From assembly GCA_900552495.1 (NCBI GenBank), contig URZY01000003.1, positions 110,627-174,626 of the forward strand: 64,000 bases of DNA. The letters run 5' to 3'. A program made the position numbers and the translations under genes. The notes under the pieces are model-generated. The model was not told the origin of the DNA. It saw only the letters and a program-made list of their open reading frames with translations, and ran no database searches. Positions 7,280 to 17,244 of this stretch are shown piece after piece. This DNA comes from an uncultured Mycoplasmatota bacterium. Lineage in GTDB: Bacteria > Bacillota_I > Bacilli_A > RF39 > UBA660. Every line of letters begins with the position of its first letter. Within the stretch, counting starts at the first letter, position 1.

Positions 7280-9598
7280 CTACCAAGAACCTCCGCCTCC
7301 GCCGCCGGAGCCACCGCCAGAAATTCCTCCGCCAGTTGATGATGAACTCGTTGAAGAGGAAATAGATGACACCGATGATAGTGTTGCATCAGAGATTGTT
7401 TTATTAAGGCGGTGACCAAATGATACAACATTAAAATTGGTTGAAGTTTTATACCAGCTTGGTTCCTGAAGAAGGATTGTCTCAAATTTATTAATCCATT
7501 TTCTTGAAACACCTAAGACATAGGTATATGGAAGAATATCATAAAAATAATTCGGATTTTCTTCTACTAATGATTCTAATTTCTCTTTTTCAGCAGTTTC
7601 TAAAAAAGTCTTAAATCCTTGGATTTGACCGAGCATTTCGTTACCATAAGGGGTTCTTTTGGGCATATTATTTAGACAAATTATCATTCCAGTAAGACAT
7701 ATTACTGAGAAAAGTAAGGCTGAAGCATACAGAAAATTAGCAGTTATAGCGGTTGAAAGCGGTAAAACAATGGAAATCATGGCAAAATGAAGAATAATAA
7801 ATATTAGCAACCCGATGCGAATTGACCTTGTTAGTTTTGGTGAAGTGGCAATAACGAGAAACGGTAAGTACATAGCTGATATTATAAGCGTAATAGCAAC
7901 TTCCTCCCAAGTAGAATATAAATATGTTGGGACACCAATTGAAAAAAAGTATGTTAATACAATTAAAACTATTATTAACCAATTATATCGATTAGTTCCT
8001 TTAACAAATATTTTTTTAGTATTCTTTTTAGCATTAATATTGCGTTTTATTTTGCCAATTGTCGTATGAAATTTGTACTGTAAATCTGTAGAAGTCACAA
8101 CGTTAGACTCGCTGGCTAAAACTTTTTCTCTTTCGCTTAAATTGTTAGTTATCCTCTTTCCGGTACGCTTACATTTAAATAGTCCTTCTAAGAACATTTT
8201 TTCATGAATATTGGTTCCATCATAATCCTTTATTTTTCTAATTGAAAAATCGTTCCGAGAATATTTACTAAATTTCTCTTCTTCAATTTCAATATATCCT
8301 TTATTAGCTAGGTATACAAGTAATGAGATAATGTCTCTTTCAGAGGCTTCTCCTTTGTAGTTCAAAGCAATATCTAGACTATTTAAGTTTTGAGGAGGAT
8401 AAAAATTAATTACTTCCGTATACTTGTCATCCTTACCATATTTGTTCCAAATGGCTATACAGATGATTAAACAAACTAAAGGAATAAAGAAAAGTAAATA
8501 ATCTATTCCTTGTAGAAATGGTGATAATTCAAAGTATCCTTCTTCTAATTCTAGACGAAAAGTTAACGCCTCCCCTTTTTCAAGCGGTTTCTTATAAGTA
8601 CCAAATATTTTATTACCAGTTCGTTCCCAAGTAATTGAATCTGATGCAAGGCTCTCTCTTTTTCCGGCTGCAAAGCCTAATTTTTCCGTTGGGAAATCTT
8701 TTGGCATAGTTATTTCAAAAGTAATATAGCCAATAGCAGTATCCCAGTCTGAACCAATAAGGTTCAAATAGACTTCATCAAAATTTTTTGATTGGTCTTT
8801 GCCTAGATCATAATGATAAGAAATTACATATTCTTGTTGTCCCGTTACTAATCTATTTTTATCACCTATTTTTATTTGATAATTATTGTCACTTTTGGTA
8901 ATGGCAAATTTTTCGTTTACTTTTATATTTGAGATTTTAGCATAATTTTTGGCAGTTGTCCCATCTTGTCTAATAATATTATTGATAGTTGGTATATTAC
9001 GATATATCCCATGACGTTCTTCATTAAAATAAGCCGTAATAGTCTCTGTTATGTCATAGGTATTATCGGAATTAACATTTACTTTTATATCATAAGTATC
9101 AATTAAATATGGATAGGTGGCATAACGCGATTGTTGGTGCAATGTATTGATAGGCGCCGAAGGTGCTAAGGGAGTCTCTTTTACAGTTAAAATATAGTAT
9201 TTTAGGTCAGAAACATTATAGCCTGATGGCAGTGAAGTATACTCAATCATATCGTTATAAGTAGTTGGATAATTATCAACCAAAGACAAAGGGGTTGTTT
9301 TCTCAATGATTAAGCTATGTTCTTGATTATAAAAAGAGGCAATTATTTCAACGTTCTTAGAAAAGGTACTTTTATTTTTTACAATTCCCGTTAGACCAAA
9401 TGACGGAGTCGTTGTAGTGGCATTATTATTAATAAATGTTATATTTTCAACAACAATATTATCACTTACCACTTGTGTGCTTTCGGATATAGGATGATAG
9501 TCTTTCTCTATCGAAAGTGCCCAAACTGAGACTGGTTCTAAAAATAGTGTTAGGATTATTAATGCTACTCCTAATATTTTTTTAATTATATCTTTCAT
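7280..9598 (-). CDS. DUF2207-family membrane protein (LemA partner) with signal peptide, large ectodomain, TM cluster and Gly/Ser-rich C-terminal tail
   Basis: 772 aa; N-terminal signal-like helix, ~350-aa extracytoplasmic region, 4-5 TM helices, C-terminal SSISSSTSSSSTGGGISGGGSGGGGGGSW; the conserved LemA-DUF2207 gene pair is established. Confidence 0.7.
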   Translation of the reverse strand: MKDIIKKILGVALIILTLFLEPVSVWALSIEKDYHPISESTQVVSDNIVVENITFINNNATTTTPSFGLTGIVKNKSTFSKNVEIIASFYNQEHSLIIEKTTPLSLVDNYPTTYNDMIEYTSLPSGYNVSDLKYYILTVKETPLAPSAPINTLHQQSRYATYPYLIDTYDIKVNVNSDNTYDITETITAYFNEERHGIYRNIPTINNIIRQDGTTAKNYAKISNIKVNEKFAITKSDNNYQIKIGDKNRLVTGQQEYVISYHYDLGKDQSKNFDEVYLNLIGSDWDTAIGYITFEITMPKDFPTEKLGFAAGKRESLASDSITWERTGNKIFGTYKKPLEKGEALTFRLELEEGYFELSPFLQGIDYLLFFIPLVCLIICIAIWNKYGKDDKYTEVINFYPPQNLNSLDIALNYKGEASERDIISLLVYLANKGYIEIEEEKFSKYSRNDFSIRKIKDYDGTNIHEKMFLEGLFKCKRTGKRITNNLSEREKVLASESNVVTSTDLQYKFHTTIGKIKRNINAKKNTKKIFVKGTNRYNWLIIVLIVLTYFFSIGVPTYLYSTWEEVAITLIISAMYLPFLVIATSPKLTRSIRIGLLIFIILHFAMISIVLPLSTAITANFLYASALLFSVICLTGMIICLNNMPKRTPYGNEMLGQIQGFKTFLETAEKEKLESLVEENPNYFYDILPYTYVLGVSRKWINKFETILLQEPSWYKTSTNFNVVSFGHRLNKTISDATLSSVSSISSSTSSSSTGGGISGGGSGGGGGGSW

Positions 9599-9712
9599 AG
9601 TGCCACTCCCTATTCTATTAGTATTATAACATATAATATGCCGTATTAAAATGCACCAAGAAACATTTCTTTTCTTTTAGATAAATGTTAAAATAACTTT
9701 AGGTGATGTTAC

Positions 9713-10510
9713 TTGAATATATATAAATCATTAAATAATATTACTAAATATATTGATGATAATTTAGATAAAGAAATTAGTTATGAAACAATGGCTAAAA
9801 TTATTGGAGTAAATATTTTTACATTACAAAAAATCTTTTCCCTCCTTACTAATGTATCACTTGCGGACTATATTAGAAAAAGAAAATTATTAGTAGCAGG
9901 GGCTGATATATACACGAACAAATTAAAGGTAATGGAGGCAGCTATTAAATACGGATATGAAAGTGCAACTTCTTTCTCACGCGCCTTTGAACTTTTCCAT
10001 AAAGTTAAGCCTAGTTTGGTTACTAAACAGTCAACATTAGTAGAATTTCCAAGAATTGTTTTTGATGAAAATCAAAAAATAACAAGTACAATGGCTTATG
10101 AAATAGTTGAGTTAAGTGAATTGAATTTATTTGGAAAATATATAACTACTACTAATTTGACTATTGAAAATGATGCACCTAACTTTTTTCAAGATTTTAG
10201 AAAAAAATATGAGGAAGAATATGGAGAACCACAATATGGGATGATTACTTATTCTAATCCTTGCCGTGAAGAATGTGAACAATATTACGTTCTTTATGAT
10301 AAGGAAATTACTGGCTTTGAAAAAGTTGATATTACTAGTGGTAAGTGGCTACGTTTTAGAATCAATTCACAAGAAGCTACTGATATTAGAGATATGTCCC
10401 AAAAATTTTATATAGATTTTTTGCCAAGCTGTAAATACAATTTACGGGATATTTATGAGTTAGAATATTATCATGATGGGGTTACAGATTTTTTAGTTCC
10501 TATTTGTTAA
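9713..10510 (+). CDS. AraC/XylS-family transcriptional regulator with C-terminal GyrI-like effector-binding domain; TTG start
   Basis: N-terminal AraC HTH (…SLADYIRKRKLLVAGADI…YGYESATSFSRAF…) then ~150 aa GyrI-like region; RBS aggtga 6 nt before TTG. Confidence 0.7.
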   Translation: MNIYKSLNNITKYIDDNLDKEISYETMAKIIGVNIFTLQKIFSLLTNVSLADYIRKRKLLVAGADIYTNKLKVMEAAIKYGYESATSFSRAFELFHKVKPSLVTKQSTLVEFPRIVFDENQKITSTMAYEIVELSELNLFGKYITTTNLTIENDAPNFFQDFRKKYEEEYGEPQYGMITYSNPCREECEQYYVLYDKEITGFEKVDITSGKWLRFRINSQEATDIRDMSQKFYIDFLPSCKYNLRDIYELEYYHDGVTDFLVPIC

Positions 10511-10593
10511 ACTGACAAATCTTGGATAGAAAAAGTCAGTTTTTTTATGGAATAATTTTATATACTTCTATTATTACTGGGGGTATTTAGGGA

Positions 10594-12441
10594 ATGATTA
10601 CTTATGAAGTACTACTTGCTCAAAAAAAGATAGAAGCTGCTGATTGGAAGCTGTTTGTTGAGGCCATTGCCAATTATGTTGGCTATTTTAAGACTTTTAA
10701 ATTAATAATTGTTTACCAAGAAAATACCATTAGATTTTTTGTCAGATGTAGGTGCTTACTACCAATTACATTTAATGGATTAAATGTCTTCTATTTAAAA
10801 AAGTTTAGTAATTTTGAAATACCAAAATGTAAAACAGGATTATTTTTTCATGAAACAAAGATTAATTCTTGTATTGATATTATTGATTACTGTTTCAATA
10901 AATTAGGAGCAAAATTTAAAGGGTTGGTGTTTAATTTTGTTAAAGTTACCAATAAACTAATAATAAGTAAAAAAAATTTATATTTAAAAAAGCATTATTC
11001 ATTAAAAAAGTATTCTTTATTTTGGAGTAATAGTTATGATCTTTTAACCATCAATTTTGATAAGAATAAACGCTTTTTTTATAAGAGGATTGGCAAATAT
11101 TTAGATATTTCTAAGATTTTACCTCTACTTAATCGTGATAAAACTTTGTGTACAATGAAGATAGACACTTTCCCCTATCTACAAGGGGATTTTTTTCTAA
11201 GACAAAGTAGTTATGATTTTTGTAAACACTCATTAGTAATTGGTGCTAGTGGATCGGGAAAATCTAAGTTTATTAGTAGTTTTATAAAAAATATTTATTT
11301 ATTAAATAAATCAAGTAAGAATTATAAAGTTATTATTATCGATCCTCATGCAAATATTGAAAATGATATTGGTGGATTGGGACAAATAATAGACTTTAAA
11401 GAGCCTTTTTCTAGCATTGATTTGTTTTTAAATAAAGGTCATGATGTGGTAAGTGGTGTGGAACTGTTATTAGAACTGTTAAAAGAATTAATTAAGGATC
11501 AATATAATTCTAAATTAGAAAGAGTGCTTCGACATGCATTATACATACTACTAATTAATGAAAATTTTTCTTTTAGAAGTCTAAAGTCTCTTCTTTTAGA
11601 TTTAGAATATCGTAATAATATGATTAACCTTTCAAAAGAAAAGCTACCAGATAGTGTTTTAAGTTTCTTTCTAAATGATTTTAATGAATTAAAGACTAAA
11701 GCCTATGGTGAAGCAATTGCGCCTATTATATCATTCGTTGATGAGATGGAAATATTACCGACCTTCGGTGAAAGTAGGAATGTTAGTAATTTGGAAAATG
11801 TTATCAGAAATAACTTCTTAACTATTTTTTCTTTAGATAAAATTTATTTAGGCAATAAAATTACCAAGGCAATTGCAGGACTTATTATGCAACAGTTATT
11901 AATGTTAGTTCAAGGCCAAGCTTTTTCAGAACAAATCATTTTAGTGATTGATGAGATAGCAGTAATCGAAAGTCCTATTTTAACTAGATATTTAGCCGAG
12001 GCAAGAAAATATAATTTAGCACTTATTTTAGCCGGGCAATATTTTAATCAAATATCGGATAATCTAAAAATGGCTATTTTTTCTAATGTCATTAATTATT
12101 ATATTTTCCGTGTTTCTAAAATGGATGCTAGTGTTTTGGTAGAAAATCTTAATATGAAAATTCCATTAGATAATAGTAAAGATACTAAAATTAAATTATT
12201 GACAGAGCTTAATAACAGAGAGTTCATTGTTAGAGTGGCAAATAATGGGATTTTAATTTCAGCATTTAAAGCTAAAACTTTAGATTTTAAAAAAATTCCA
12301 CGGAAAAAGATGAAAAAACCTAAGGATCTAGGAGTCCTAATAAGTAAACAAGAAAACAAAAATACTTTTGAGATAACAAGTTCTATTAAAGTAAAAGAAG
12401 TATTGAAAAAAAATTCAACTGGTAGGAAGGTGGTTAAATAA
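10594..12441 (+). CDS. HerA/FtsK-superfamily (DUF87 / AAA_10-like) P-loop NTPase with an uncharacterised ~210-aa N-terminal domain
   Basis: Walker A LVIGASGSGKSKF; Walker B QIILVIDEIAVIES followed by AEARKYNLALILAGQYFNQI, matching the HerA/VirB4/FtsK post-Walker-B signature (DEAH...eGRKyG...tQrP); no TM segments. Confidence 0.6.
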   Translation: MITYEVLLAQKKIEAADWKLFVEAIANYVGYFKTFKLIIVYQENTIRFFVRCRCLLPITFNGLNVFYLKKFSNFEIPKCKTGLFFHETKINSCIDIIDYCFNKLGAKFKGLVFNFVKVTNKLIISKKNLYLKKHYSLKKYSLFWSNSYDLLTINFDKNKRFFYKRIGKYLDISKILPLLNRDKTLCTMKIDTFPYLQGDFFLRQSSYDFCKHSLVIGASGSGKSKFISSFIKNIYLLNKSSKNYKVIIIDPHANIENDIGGLGQIIDFKEPFSSIDLFLNKGHDVVSGVELLLELLKELIKDQYNSKLERVLRHALYILLINENFSFRSLKSLLLDLEYRNNMINLSKEKLPDSVLSFFLNDFNELKTKAYGEAIAPIISFVDEMEILPTFGESRNVSNLENVIRNNFLTIFSLDKIYLGNKITKAIAGLIMQQLLMLVQGQAFSEQIILVIDEIAVIESPILTRYLAEARKYNLALILAGQYFNQISDNLKMAIFSNVINYYIFRVSKMDASVLVENLNMKIPLDNSKDTKIKLLTELNNREFIVRVANNGILISAFKAKTLDFKKIPRKKMKKPKDLGVLISKQENKNTFEITSSIKVKEVLKKNSTGRKVVK

Positions 12442-13139
12442 TGAAAGATCGGGAATACCTAGAAATAATCAATAAAATTTTTAGAGCCGTTTTTGATAAA
12501 GATAATCTATTTAGTTTAGAAGGAATTTGGGAGAACTTTGCTTTTGATGTAAAATTACCTAAAATGGTAAATGATTCAACTACTGGTGAAATCACATGGG
12601 CTGATGCTATTAATAATGGTAAATTTATTACCTTAAAAAATATGGAAGCAAAGGATATAAAAAATGGTTGGATGGTAGAAAAAAAAGATATTAATAATTT
12701 GGATGAGCTATTAAAAATTTGGGAGATGATTAATTTAACAACTACTGAGCGAGTATTTGATTCAGTTAATGTTAGTAAAAGCGATACTATATATCGTTCG
12801 AGCAATGTTTACAGATCGACCGGTTGCAGTGATTCTAAGAATATTGTATTTTGTGATTCGTGCAGTAATTCTGAGTTTTTATTGGCTTCGCAAAGATCTA
12901 TTGGTTGTAATTTTTGTATTAGAACAGATGATTCAAAAGATTGTAGCAATAGTTATAGTATTATCTGTTCTAATAAAATAAGTAATAGTTTATTTATTCA
13001 AGATTGCTTTAATCTTTATGAATGCATGTTTTGTTGCCATATTGCTAATAAAAAATTTTGTATTGCCAATATGCAGTTTGAAGAAACCGAATATTATAAG
13101 ATTAAGAAGACTATCGTAGACTGGATTTTGAATCAATAA
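12441..13139 (+). CDS. Cysteine-rich repeat protein (12 Cys in the last ~110 aa; ~12-residue S/C-x-N-hydrophobic repeats; three CxxC pairs), translationally coupled to the HerA-like ATPase
   Basis: 232 aa; start ATG overlaps the ATPase stop (TAATG); C-terminal half CSDSKNIVFCDSCSNSEFLL..GCNFCIRTDDSKDCSNSYSIICSNKISNSLFIQDCFNLYECMFCCHIANKKFCIAN; family not recognised. Confidence 0.5.
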   Translation: MKDREYLEIINKIFRAVFDKDNLFSLEGIWENFAFDVKLPKMVNDSTTGEITWADAINNGKFITLKNMEAKDIKNGWMVEKKDINNLDELLKIWEMINLTTTERVFDSVNVSKSDTIYRSSNVYRSTGCSDSKNIVFCDSCSNSEFLLASQRSIGCNFCIRTDDSKDCSNSYSIICSNKISNSLFIQDCFNLYECMFCCHIANKKFCIANMQFEETEYYKIKKTIVDWILNQ

Positions 13140-13157
13140 TTTTTAAAAATCACTGTT

Positions 13158-14081
13158 CTACATTTGACCTTTAAATTTATACAGTTTTTTTGTAGCTGGA
13201 GAATAGTCTACTCGGGATAAGTCTTGTGCTGTTTTTTCCGCTAAGTCTTTGGATAGAAACATAGCTTGATAAGTAAGATAAAAATCATTAATAATTGGAT
13301 CATCATAAGCTGACGGTAATTCTATCACTTCGTGATAATATGGGTAGCTGCTCTCTTTTATGACGCTATCTAGTTCGGTATTTGGGGCTAGATGAATTAA
13401 ACTATTTTGATTATGGTAAGATGTCGTAGTACGTCCATGACAATAGGAATATTTATCATGAATTAGTGGTAATGCAAGAGCTGCTTCAGAGAAAGTTGTT
13501 TCTAAATAGGTAGCAGCTGTGTTTGTATCATAACCACTTAAAATTTCAAAGACTTTATTAGAATTGAGGCTGTACTCTTTTTTTGTTTTTAAGATTTCTT
13601 TAATTATTGAAAGATCTAAATCTGTGTAGTAGCTTAAGAGGATACTCATTGGTATTAAGGTGGCAGCTAAGGATATGAAACTATCCTCTTTAGGAAGGGT
13701 GGTTTTATATTGCAGTGAAGTAATATTTGTTTCTAAAGCAGGATTAGATGATAATAGAAATTTATTTAAATTATTTTCAAAAGCCATTTGAACACCTTTA
13801 TTATTACCTCCATAACTACAAGCCAAGACATTATCATAGCCATTAATATTTTTATAGTTTAACGTTCGTGGTTCTTCGTGACTAGTAATAATATTATTTT
13901 TAGCGGCTAAGATTTTGGCGGCATAAGTACTCACAACACTTGATCCGCCAACTCCAACACTGATAGTTGGAGAAGTTATTTTTTTTAGATGGGAACTTAT
14001 CCGTTCTAAATCCGTATTTTCTAGAGAGTCTAAAACTCTCTCTTCTAGCATATTAAAATTATCATACATTGTTGGTTTCAT
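13158..14081 (-). CDS. Uncharacterised protein with SIS-like (sugar-isomerase/phosphosugar-binding-type) N-terminal motifs
   Basis: 307 aa; ISVGVGGSSVVSTYAAKIL and NVLACSYGGNNKGV resemble the two SIS-domain signature segments; assignment tentative. Confidence 0.35.
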   Translation of the reverse strand: MKPTMYDNFNMLEERVLDSLENTDLERISSHLKKITSPTISVGVGGSSVVSTYAAKILAAKNNIITSHEEPRTLNYKNINGYDNVLACSYGGNNKGVQMAFENNLNKFLLSSNPALETNITSLQYKTTLPKEDSFISLAATLIPMSILLSYYTDLDLSIIKEILKTKKEYSLNSNKVFEILSGYDTNTAATYLETTFSEAALALPLIHDKYSYCHGRTTTSYHNQNSLIHLAPNTELDSVIKESSYPYYHEVIELPSAYDDPIINDFYLTYQAMFLSKDLAEKTAQDLSRVDYSPATKKLYKFKGQM

Positions 14082-14139
14082 AAAAAAACACTTCCTTTCA
14101 AGTTCAATATAGCACTTGATGAGGAAGTATTTCGGCTAC

Positions 14140-14742
14140 TTAGAAAGTTTCTTCTAAGAGTTCACAATTACTTATTCGTTTTAGTTCAAAATGGCGAATA
14201 TCATTTTTCATTAGACAAAAAGCTGCTACATACCACCCATCTTGAAATAAGAACATTTCAGCAGGACAAATCACACGATTATTTTCTCCTTTATTATATG
14301 AATAGTAGGTTATTTTGACTTTTTTTCGTTCTTTAATAGCACGTGTTAAAAGATTATATTTACGCTGAACTGTCTCGGTTAAATTTAACTCTTTGGCTTC
14401 TTTCTTGCTGCCAATATAAACACCTTGAATTTTATCTTTTAGCAAAAGTAATTGCTCCTTTTGCTTAGAATCTGGTTCTGCTTGAATATATTTTTCGAGA
14501 AGCTCATAATCTTGTTTTTTAAATTTTCTGGCTGGGAGACGAATTGATTGATTTAAGACATAACCACCATAAGGTCCCATTATAGTGTCAATGTAGATTC
14601 CTGCCTTTTCAAGTTCTTCTTTGTAGGAACGGACCATGCGTGGAGAAACTTCTAATTTTTCGGCTAATTCAGTGATTGTGTATTTTCGTCCGGTTTGAAG
14701 ATAATCAATTAATAATAAAACATTACTTAATTTTGACATCAC
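14140..14742 (-). CDS. HTH + WYL-domain transcriptional regulator
   Basis: 200 aa; N-terminal DeoR/HTH_11-like helix (TITELAEKLEVSPRMVRSYKEELEKAGI); C-terminal KVKITYYSYNKGENNRVICPAEMFLFQDGWYVAAFC...IRHFELKRI has the W-Y-[LV] and R-x-F-x-x-x-RI hallmarks of the WYL domain. Confidence 0.65.
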   Translation of the reverse strand: MMSKLSNVLLLIDYLQTGRKYTITELAEKLEVSPRMVRSYKEELEKAGIYIDTIMGPYGGYVLNQSIRLPARKFKKQDYELLEKYIQAEPDSKQKEQLLLLKDKIQGVYIGSKKEAKELNLTETVQRKYNLLTRAIKERKKVKITYYSYNKGENNRVICPAEMFLFQDGWYVAAFCLMKNDIRHFELKRISNCELLEETF

Positions 14743-14807
14743 ATTACTCCTTTGTATGTATTATATCAAAAAAAAGAAAAAGTTTAGTATTTTCATACTA
14801 AACTTTA

Positions 14808-15278
14808 CTACTTACAAGTTGCTCCGGCTTCTTCCATATCAGAAATAGCGCGATCAAAGCTTTTATCAACACCGGTTAAGTCCATACCGATTTTCTTTAG
14901 AACTTCTGGGTCTGCTTTAGTAATATCTGCTTTAACTTCAACTGTCATTTGATCATCTATATCAACGATAATTTCAAGTCCTTCATAAGTATCACTATCA
15001 AGTCCTAAGTTCTTTAGCATTGTTGATTTAATAGTTTCTTTTTGTGTATCATTTAGAGTTGAAAGTGTATCAACACCAAATAGTGAATTATTGAAAACCA
15101 TTTTTAATTCCATTTTATCAACTTCATTATTAGTTGCGGAAAAAACAAAAGTTTGATCAATTCCATTTACTTCACCCATTGTACATGTTTTTGTTTCAAC
15201 TTTTGAACCAGTCATAGCACAACCACTTACCATAAAAGCTAAAACTATTGTTAATGCTAAAATAGATAATTTTCTCAT
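14808..15278 (-). CDS. Small secreted lipoprotein (YehR/DUF1307-like)
   Basis: Lipobox LAFMVSGC after signal peptide; 156 aa, acidic. Confidence 0.5.
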   Translation of the reverse strand: MRKLSILALTIVLAFMVSGCAMTGSKVETKTCTMGEVNGIDQTFVFSATNNEVDKMELKMVFNNSLFGVDTLSTLNDTQKETIKSTMLKNLGLDSDTYEGLEIIVDIDDQMTVEVKADITKADPEVLKKIGMDLTGVDKSFDRAISDMEEAGATCK

Positions 15279-15330
15279 ATTACTCCTCCTTATTGTTATT
15301 ATACATAATTTACTTTAACTATTCAACAGC

Positions 15331-16544
15331 TTATTGATGATAAAAATATTTGATAGTAAATGTTGTTGTACTTTCATCTGAGGTTACTTCTAAACGCCCA
15401 TTATCTCTTTCTATAATTGTTTTAGCTAAGGCTAAACCAATACCAATGCTATCGGAGGAAGCATTTTCACCTTTATAGAATCGTTTAAAAATGTGAGGCA
15501 AATCTTTTTTAGAAATACTAGAACCATAATTGGTAATTTTTATATCAGAATAGACATTATTTTCGCTGGTTTCCAGTAAAATTTCACTTGAGTTTTTAGA
15601 ATGTTCTAAAGCATTTTTTAAAATATTAGTAATGGCTTCTACTTGCCACATAAAATCACAATTTATCTCCTTTGTTGTTGTATAGTGCTTAATAAAGCGA
15701 ACATTTTTTAAGTCAGATAAACTCGTTAGTTTTTCAATGGCGGTATCAACTAGTTTATTAATAGTTGTTTTTTCTTGGCTAAAATTAATTGTATTTGCAT
15801 CAAATTTTGATAGTTTTAAAAGAGATTGTACAAGAAAATTAATATTTATAATGTCCCTTTTGATATCTTTTAAAAACTCTTCTCTAATCTTCTCATCAAT
15901 ATCAGGATTGTCAAGTAAATTGTCAAGCATAATTAAAATTGAGGTTAATGGAGTTTTTAATTGATGAGAAATATCGGATAAAGAATTCTTCAAGTTTATT
16001 TTATCTTTTTTAGAATTTTCTGCTTGCTCTTTTAACATTACAGTTGTCTTATAAATTTCATTTTTTAGAATTGATAATTCATCTTCGGAAATGCTATCAA
16101 TATCAATCCTATAGTTTTTATTATTAATTTGTTCAATGTAAGTAGTTATAGAGGCTAACTCTTTATCTTTCTTATGATTATAGCTTACGAAAAAGTAAAG
16201 AATTAAGATGACTGTTGATAGCAAAATGACAAGATTTAAAATTAGGGTTTTTTGGAACGTTTTGGTGTTAGTTGGAATAATGAGTTCTAATTCAGTTAAG
16301 CCATAGGTTTGAAGAGTCTTAGAAGTTTTATTATTAGATGTTAATATCTTATATAAGTCTTCTTTTGTTAGATTTGGATAAGAGTCTTCTAATTGGGAAA
16401 GAATAGCATTTATTTTTTTATTGTATGTTGACTGATAAGTGTTATACTCATAAATATTCAATACTGTTAAACAGCAAATTGAAAATATAATTAGAATAAC
16501 TATTTTAGATAGAACATTTTTTAAATTTACTTTATTTGTCATCT
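15331..16544 (-). CDS. Sensor histidine kinase (two TM helices, ~80-aa extracytoplasmic loop, HisKA + HATPase_c)
   Basis: H-box SHQLKTPLTSI; N/G boxes (...LALAKTIIERDNGRLEV...); start taken at the internal ATG overlapping the RR stop by 11 nt. Confidence 0.8.
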
Positions 16545-17191
16545 TTATCAATCCTATAACCAATGCCTTTGATAGTAGTAATAATATCTGTGGCAAGTTT
16601 TTCTCTAATTCTTCTTAAATAAACGGTTACCGTGTGATCGTCAACATCATTACCAGTCCACTCCCAAATCTTATCAAGAATGGTTCCTCTTCTTACAACT
16701 TTATTGACATTCTCAAAAAGAAGATATAATATTTTTAACTCTAAAGAAGTAAGTTCAACCTTATTATTATTTTTCTTAACAGTCATTTTATCTAAATCAA
16801 AACTTATATCCTTTACTTGAATAATAGTGTTTTGCTTTGTGCGCAATATGATTCTATTTATTCTGGCTAGTAATTCTTTTGTAGAAAATGGTTTAGTTAT
16901 ATAATCTTCTGCGCCAAAATTTAATCCTTCTACAATAGTTTCTTCGTCATCTTGAGCGGTTAAAAAAATAGTAGGGATATTTAGAGCCATTATTATATTT
17001 TTATATAATTCTAGACCATTGCCATCTGGAAGAGCAATGTCTAATATTATGATATTAGGTCTATTGGTACTTAAGTAATCTTTGGTTTCTTTGACCGTGG
17101 TTATTGCGGTAAGATGATAATTATTTATTTCAAAAGCATAAGAGAGCCCCTTAATAATAGAAAGACTATCTTCTACTAGAAGTATATTCAT
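16532..17191 (-). CDS. OmpR/PhoB-family response regulator
   Basis: Receiver domain (ILLVEDS...IIILDIALPDGNG) plus winged-helix output (TVTVYLRRIREKL). Confidence 0.9.
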   Translation of the reverse strand: MNILLVEDSLSIIKGLSYAFEINNYHLTAITTVKETKDYLSTNRPNIIILDIALPDGNGLELYKNIIMALNIPTIFLTAQDDEETIVEGLNFGAEDYITKPFSTKELLARINRIILRTKQNTIIQVKDISFDLDKMTVKKNNNKVELTSLELKILYLLFENVNKVVRRGTILDKIWEWTGNDVDDHTVTVYLRRIREKLATDIITTIKGIGYRIDKDDK

Positions 17192-17244
17192 AAAACCATT
17201 CCTTTCTTTTTTATTATAGCATAAAAAGGAGATAACTCTCCTTT

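Noticed and set aside
6679-7512. Long 277-aa form of the LemA ORF
   Set aside because: Its first 95 codons run through the 3' end of the DUF2207 gene in another frame and have no LemA similarity; internal ATG with a GGAGG RBS gives the canonical ~183-aa LemA
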